NCBI GenBank assembly: GCA_050248855.1
Contig: JBFWRP010000004.1
Span: forward strand, 128,001-192,000
DNA from: Planctomycetota bacterium
GTDB lineage: Bacteria > Planctomycetota > PLA2 > JAEUHO01
Length of the DNA stretch: 64,000 bases
Reading direction: 5' to 3'
The notes below the pieces were generated by a model, which saw nothing but the letters and a program-made list of their open reading frames with translations, searched no databases and had not been told where the DNA came from. The translations under genes and the position numbers were made by a program. Shown here in pieces: positions 60,401-64,000 of the stretch (positions are counted from its first letter, which is position 1; each line of letters begins with the position of its first letter).

Positions 60401-60917
60401 CTTCGAACAGCAAGCGCGCTTCGGTGGGCGCCTTCTCTTCCAAGAGCGCCCCCAGCTGGAAGGCCACGTCGGGCTCGCCTGGCGCCAGCTCCTGCGCCCG
60501 ACGCAACAGCCGCTCGGCGTCGTCCAGGCGACCGAGGTGGCCCATCAACATGGCCAGGGCGTACGGCCCGTGCGCATCGTCCGGGGCCTCGCGCATCACG
60601 CGCTCCAGCTCCTGCTGCGCGTTCGGATGGTGCTCGGGCAGGCCGCTGTTGAGGTAGGCGAGCCCCAGGTTGTAGCGCGCCGCCGTCCACGCGGGCGCCG
60701 CGGCCAGCACCTTCTCGAACACGGGAATCGCGTCGATCGGCCGGTACTGCTCGAGCAGCGCCAAGCCCCGGCTGTGCTCCGCGAACACGGCCTCCGTGAC
60801 CGTGGTGGGGATCCCCGCGACGCCGCCCGGGGCGGGCGGCGGCGCCTCGTCGTCACCGCAGGCCGCGAGCACGAAGAGAGCAACGAGCACCAGCGAACGC
60901 GAGCGCACGGAGATCAC
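57489..60917 (-). CDS. Lipoprotein: TPR + FG-GAP repeats + UnbV-like + C-terminal beta domain
   Basis: Lipobox LAAC, TPRs (ARYNLGLAYL), multiple DxDxDGxxD motifs, VHLGLGG..RWPDG and SSCPVLFTWDG. Confidence 0.88.
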   Translation of the reverse strand: MISVRSRSLVLVALFVLAACGDDEAPPPAPGGVAGIPTTVTEAVFAEHSRGLALLEQYRPIDAIPVFEKVLAAAPAWTAARYNLGLAYLNSGLPEHHPNAQQELERVMREAPDDAHGPYALAMLMGHLGRLDDAERLLRRAQELAPGEPDVAFQLGALLEEKAPTEARLLFEAALRSRPHHQGATYRLFQLLREAGEDEAAARQLERFRALQRSGAGTKNSLNYGEMGALADALRPARPRPLADDVPLPAYRFDTAFHQGDGDGTATPATTAPWAGGTAGPGLAVLDANGDGRLDLAFASPRRVGLRLRRDDGSFAPAEHGPDLRSATGVFAADPDGDGNIDLFATSSEKHRFWRNVGGGVFTDATAEAGLAGRGGTHAVFADADHDGDLDLFVVVPGGSDQMLRNLGEGTYEDVASELGLATLGGASVGAAFVDLDEDADLDLVIFRADGPPHVMRNDRMDGWTKDATLAPVLAATAGAQALAVGDFDGDARMDLLVLRRDGPPRLLLAAHPDIADEAFDAAVRPLGACVTGCFADLDLDGHEDVLLAGTEQGGGPFAVRRGQPLARRLGPEDDTKADRSPRALCAVDLDGEGGIELVMTRTTGEHAIRRPLRPPGAHWLTVVPSGAEGATGGVDDEGRPFDPTGLGVSLDVQTGPYVQRRIVGAPSGWMASPLPRVHLGLGGAARADYVRFRWPDGVLQSEMEVPADQVWRVKKVKRKPSSCPVLFTWDGTSWRYVTDFLGTGGVGFLLEPGVYAPADPTEDVWIPPGALVEDGGLLKLRVLEPLEEVTWLDQLQLVAYDHPAGTEIWLDERFGGVVAATAKPWVVGERVAPKAARDDQGRDVLAHVSHVDRQWPEVPRERRFAGYAKDHALELDFGDALGELPAGTSLVLCTYGWIDYTYSHVAYAAEQAGLALSPPALEVPDGQGEWRVAVADIGFPAGLPRPSTYDLTDVPEVRQGRFRLRTTMEIFYDQVFLAVAPTSAPTGRHVAPLGSAVLRRVGVPKETSPDGRLPMGWDLGQIEAGVPFRTMAGAYTRFGDVKPLLDGVDDRFVTMAVGDEVELAFEATTLPPVPEGHVRTYVLRSHGYCKDMDAYGAEPETVEPVPYGAMTSYPPPAPHPDAALRREMATEWDTRVVPGSR

Positions 60918-61924
60918 GACCCGCGCGCGAAGCGCGCCTTCGCGTTGCGGATCGCCTTCTGGTTGCCCTCGACGGTCAGGGCCGCCTCGCCATCGGCCAG
61001 CGGCGAGCGGTAGCCGGCCTTGCGGTACACGGGGTACGCCTCGCTGCGCAGGTGCGCAAGCATGTGGTGGCCCAGCCGCGCCTCGCGCTCGTGGCGCAGC
61101 GCGCTGATGTCCACGGGCCCCACCACGATCTTCTCGCCGGGCCCCGGATCGGCCTGCGCCACGAGGCGCCCGTCGAAGTCCACGATCATGCTGCCGCCCG
61201 GCCAGCTGAACGGCGGGTAGTTGGCGAGGCTCGCGCCCTGGTTGGCGGCCACGACGAAGGCCATGTTCTCGAGCGCCCGGCAGCGGTTGACCGTGGTCCA
61301 CCAGTCCATGGGCGCCGTGGCCCCCCACGGGTCCATGTAGGCGCTGATGCGGATCAAGACTTCGGCGCCGTCGGCGGCCATCTGCCGCGTGACCTCGGGG
61401 AAGAGCCAGTCGTAGCAGGTGGCCACCGAAAGCTTGCCGATCGGCGTGTCCACCACGGGGAAGAGCGGCTCGTCGTAGCCGGGGAGGTCGTGCGGGCTCG
61501 TGTGGACCTCCCACGGGATCCACGGGTTGACCTTGCGGTACTTCGAGAGGATGCCGTCGGGGCCGATCAAGCACGTCGTGTTGAAGACGTGCCCTGGATA
61601 GCGCGCGTCCTCCTCCAGGAAGGAGCCTGTCTGGATCCAGACGCCGTACTCCTTGGCCAGCGCCACGTACCGCTGGGTGTGGTCGTTGGGGATGCGCACC
61701 GTCAGGTGCTCGAGCAGCCCCTTCACCGTCGGGTACGCGGGCGCCGCATGCCCGAACTCGGGGAAGACCAGCAGCTTGACCGGGAGGAAGGCCGAGTAGC
61801 CCTCCACCGCCATGCGCACCATCTCCACCATGCGGTCGGTGCGCGCGCCGATGTCGGCGCGTGTCCGCGGGTTGGGCAGGTCGATCGAGCAGGCCGCGGC
61901 GGCGTAGCGGACGATGTCGGGCAT
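60914..61924 (-). CDS. Nitrilase-superfamily carbon-nitrogen hydrolase
   Basis: Catalytic triad contexts VFPE, YRKVNP and ATCYDWLFPE; PGGSMIVDFDG. Confidence 0.92.
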   Translation of the reverse strand: MPDIVRYAAAACSIDLPNPRTRADIGARTDRMVEMVRMAVEGYSAFLPVKLLVFPEFGHAAPAYPTVKGLLEHLTVRIPNDHTQRYVALAKEYGVWIQTGSFLEEDARYPGHVFNTTCLIGPDGILSKYRKVNPWIPWEVHTSPHDLPGYDEPLFPVVDTPIGKLSVATCYDWLFPEVTRQMAADGAEVLIRISAYMDPWGATAPMDWWTTVNRCRALENMAFVVAANQGASLANYPPFSWPGGSMIVDFDGRLVAQADPGPGEKIVVGPVDISALRHEREARLGHHMLAHLRSEAYPVYRKAGYRSPLADGEAALTVEGNQKAIRNAKARFARGS

Positions 61925-61945
61925 GGTTCCTCGGGGGGCCAGAGG

Positions 61946-62089
61946 CTACGAGGGGACGACGCCGGAACGGACGGGCACGCCCGCGCCTTCCTGGGACGGC
62001 AGCTCGCGGTAGAGCTGGAACAGGGCGAACAGCGCGAGCCCGGCGAGCGCGGCGATCACGAAGACGGCGATCCAGGTGCGGCGGTACAC
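61946..62089 (-). CDS. Small single-TM protein (47 aa)
   Basis: MYRRTWIAVFVIAALAGLALFALFQLYRELP; TAACCT lies 7 nt upstream of the GTG. Confidence 0.55.
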   Translation of the reverse strand: MYRRTWIAVFVIAALAGLALFALFQLYRELPSQEGAGVPVRSGVVPS

Positions 62090-62099
62090 GCGCCCGAGG

Positions 62100-62681
62100 T
62101 TACGGCCCGACCGCGCGCGATGGGAGCACCAGCCGTTCGTTCGCATCCAGCGCGTCCACCGCCGGCCCGGCGATGACCAGGGCGCCCTCATACAGCGCGA
62201 TCAGGGCCCGGGCGGCCGCGACACCGGCCTCGTCGAGTGCAGCGTACGGCTCGTCGAGCAGCAGCACGCGAGGACGGACGGACAGCGCCCGGGCCAGCGC
62301 CACGCGCGCCCGCTCGCCGCCGGAGAGCGTCTTGGCGGGCGCGTCCACGAGCCACCCGCCACCGAGGGCGTCGAGGAACGCGCGGGCGTCGTCGGTCGGG
62401 CCGCGGGCCACACGACGGGCGAACGCCAGGTTCTCCTCCACCGTGCCGCGGAAGAACCACGGCTGCTGGTGCACGAGCACGATCTCGCCCGGCGCGAGCT
62501 CGGTCACGACGCGACCGCGCGTCGGACGCTCCAAGCGCGCCAGCAGGCGCAACAGCGTGGACTTGCCCGACCCGTTGGCGCCCTCGACTCCCAGGCGCGT
62601 GCCGGCACCGATCCCCAGGCGCTCGACGCGCAGGACCGTGCGCCCACCGAAGTCCTTCTCGACGTGCTCGAGGCTGATCAT
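62100..62681 (-). CDS. tupC: Tungstate ABC transporter ATPase (TupC-like, short)
   Basis: GANGSGKST, LSGGE and LLLDEP; overlaps the tupB stop. Confidence 0.8.
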   Translation of the reverse strand: MISLEHVEKDFGGRTVLRVERLGIGAGTRLGVEGANGSGKSTLLRLLARLERPTRGRVVTELAPGEIVLVHQQPWFFRGTVEENLAFARRVARGPTDDARAFLDALGGGWLVDAPAKTLSGGERARVALARALSVRPRVLLLDEPYAALDEAGVAAARALIALYEGALVIAGPAVDALDANERLVLPSRAVGP

Positions 62682-63373
62682 CGGACGCGCTCCTTGCCCA
62701 GGCGCGAGGCGAACAGCGCGATGGCCACGGCCAACACCACCAAGATGATCCCGCACGCCAGCCCCGCGCCGAACTCGCCGCGCGAGAGCTCCAGCGTGAT
62801 CGTGCTGCTGAGCGTGCGCGTGCGCAGACGGAGGTTGCCGCCCACGGCCAGCGTCACGCCCAGCTCGGAGAGGCCGCGCGCATAGGCCAAGAGGAACGCG
62901 GCGATCACCGACTCGCGCACCTCGGCTACGCAGCGACCCAGCGCACGCAACGGACCGGCTCCGAGCGTCCGTGCCGTTTCGTACGCACGTACATCGAGTG
63001 ACGCCGTGGACGCTTGCACGAGCGTGGCAATCAAGGGGAAGGCCAACAGCGCCTGCCCCACCACGATGGCCGTGCGCGTGTAGAGCAGGTCCATCGAGCC
63101 GAGCAGCCCGCGCCGCGAGAGGAGACCGTAGAGCAAGAGCCCCACCACCACCGTGGGCACGAACGTGCCGACGCGCAGCAGGAACACCTGCGTCGGCGCG
63201 GTGCGCGGGCGCCGTTGCCCGAGCCAGGCTGCGTAGGGCACGGCCAGCACGAACGCGAGGGCCACGCCCAGCGTCGTGCACAGCAACGACGTCTCGATGG
63301 CCGACCACGTGTCGGCGTCGCCGCCGACCAGCTTGGCCCAGGCAATCCGGAAGCCGTCGGCGAAGAAGTCCAC
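62678..63373 (-). CDS. tupB: Tungstate ABC transporter permease
   Basis: PTVVVGLLLYGLLSRRGLLG, LLYTRTAIVVGQ and GGNLRLRTRTLSSTI motifs. Confidence 0.88.
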   Translation of the reverse strand: MDFFADGFRIAWAKLVGGDADTWSAIETSLLCTTLGVALAFVLAVPYAAWLGQRRPRTAPTQVFLLRVGTFVPTVVVGLLLYGLLSRRGLLGSMDLLYTRTAIVVGQALLAFPLIATLVQASTASLDVRAYETARTLGAGPLRALGRCVAEVRESVIAAFLLAYARGLSELGVTLAVGGNLRLRTRTLSSTITLELSRGEFGAGLACGIILVVLAVAIALFASRLGKERVR

Positions 63374-63379
63374 GCAGGT

Positions 63380-64000
63380 CTAGCTGCCCGTCACGGGATG
63401 GAACAGGACCTCGCCCTCGACCTGGAACGCGCCGATGCGCCTCTGCCCCTCAAGGCCCGTCAGCCAGTCCGCCAGCCGCTTCGCCGCGGCCATGGACTTG
63501 GGGTCATGCCCGGCCGCGGGCAGCAGCAGGATGCCGTAGGGGTTGCGCAGCGACTCGTCGCCCTCGCGTACGACCTCGAGGTCGAGACGGTCCTTGAACG
63601 CCAGCCACGTCCCGCGATCGGCGAGGATGTACGCGCCCTTCTCGGACGCCACCGTCATCGACGGGCCCATCCCCTGCCCCGTCTCGAACCAGCGGTCCGA
63701 CGGCTCGGCCACCGCCAACCCAGCCTGCTTGCGCAACAGCTGTTCGCGGGCATGCGTGCCACTCTTGTCGCCGCGACTGACGAACGCGGCGCCCGAGGCT
63801 TCGATGCGCTGCAGCGCATCCCGGATGTCCTTGGCCTGTTTCACCTCGGCGGGATCGGCCGCCGGGCCGAGCAGCACGAAGTCGTTCCACATCACGTCGC
63901 GCCGCTCGGTGGCATGGCCATCCCGGACGAACGCATCCTCGCGCGCGCGGTCGTGCACGAGCACGAGGTCGGCATCGCCGCGCTTGCCGAGCTCCAGGGC
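63380..64000 (-). CDS. tupA: Tungstate ABC transporter substrate-binding protein, partial (start beyond the window)
   Basis: GKRGDADLVLVH, MWNDFVLLGP, FVSRGDKSGTH, GQGMG, DRGTW and NPYG motifs. Confidence 0.9.
   Translation of the reverse strand, partial: ALELGKRGDADLVLVHDRAREDAFVRDGHATERRDVMWNDFVLLGPAADPAEVKQAKDIRDALQRIEASGAAFVSRGDKSGTHAREQLLRKQAGLAVAEPSDRWFETGQGMGPSMTVASEKGAYILADRGTWLAFKDRLDLEVVREGDESLRNPYGILLLPAAGHDPKSMAAAKRLADWLTGLEGQRRIGAFQVEGEVLFHPVTGS

Overview
This is a very GC-rich, gene-dense bacterial chromosomal segment with about 55 CDS and one tRNA-Glu(TTC). The FG-GAP/UnbV proteins, the BatA/DUF58 pair and the ribH-nusB-ftsY order suggest a Planctomycetota-like organism, but that is inference only. 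Most genes are housekeeping: nadK, ahcY, dxs, ispA, xseA/B, a YmdB-family phosphoesterase, pabB-like, xerC, tsaD, S41 protease, RimK-family ligase, livKHMGF, a complete mreBCD-mrdA-rodA operon, lnt, moeA, ribH, nusB, ftsY and tupABC. The most notable observations are: (1) a translationally coupled FG-GAP/UnbV + membrane pentaheme cytochrome c/TPR + FG-GAP/UnbV module downstream of a nitrilase and a tungstate transporter; (2) a ~106-nt structured intergenic element present twice with compensatory base changes; (3) apparently catalytically dead HemC-like, HemY-like and rhomboid-like ORFs; (4) repeated TAnnnT boxes 6-8 nt before start codons, suggesting leaderless mRNAs; (5) a PBP2 with a Cys-rich insert and a large insert in the transpeptidase domain; (6) a 16-bp x4 tandem repeat. 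I found no CRISPR array, prophage or transposase. All calls come from motif recognition by eye; no database searches were run.
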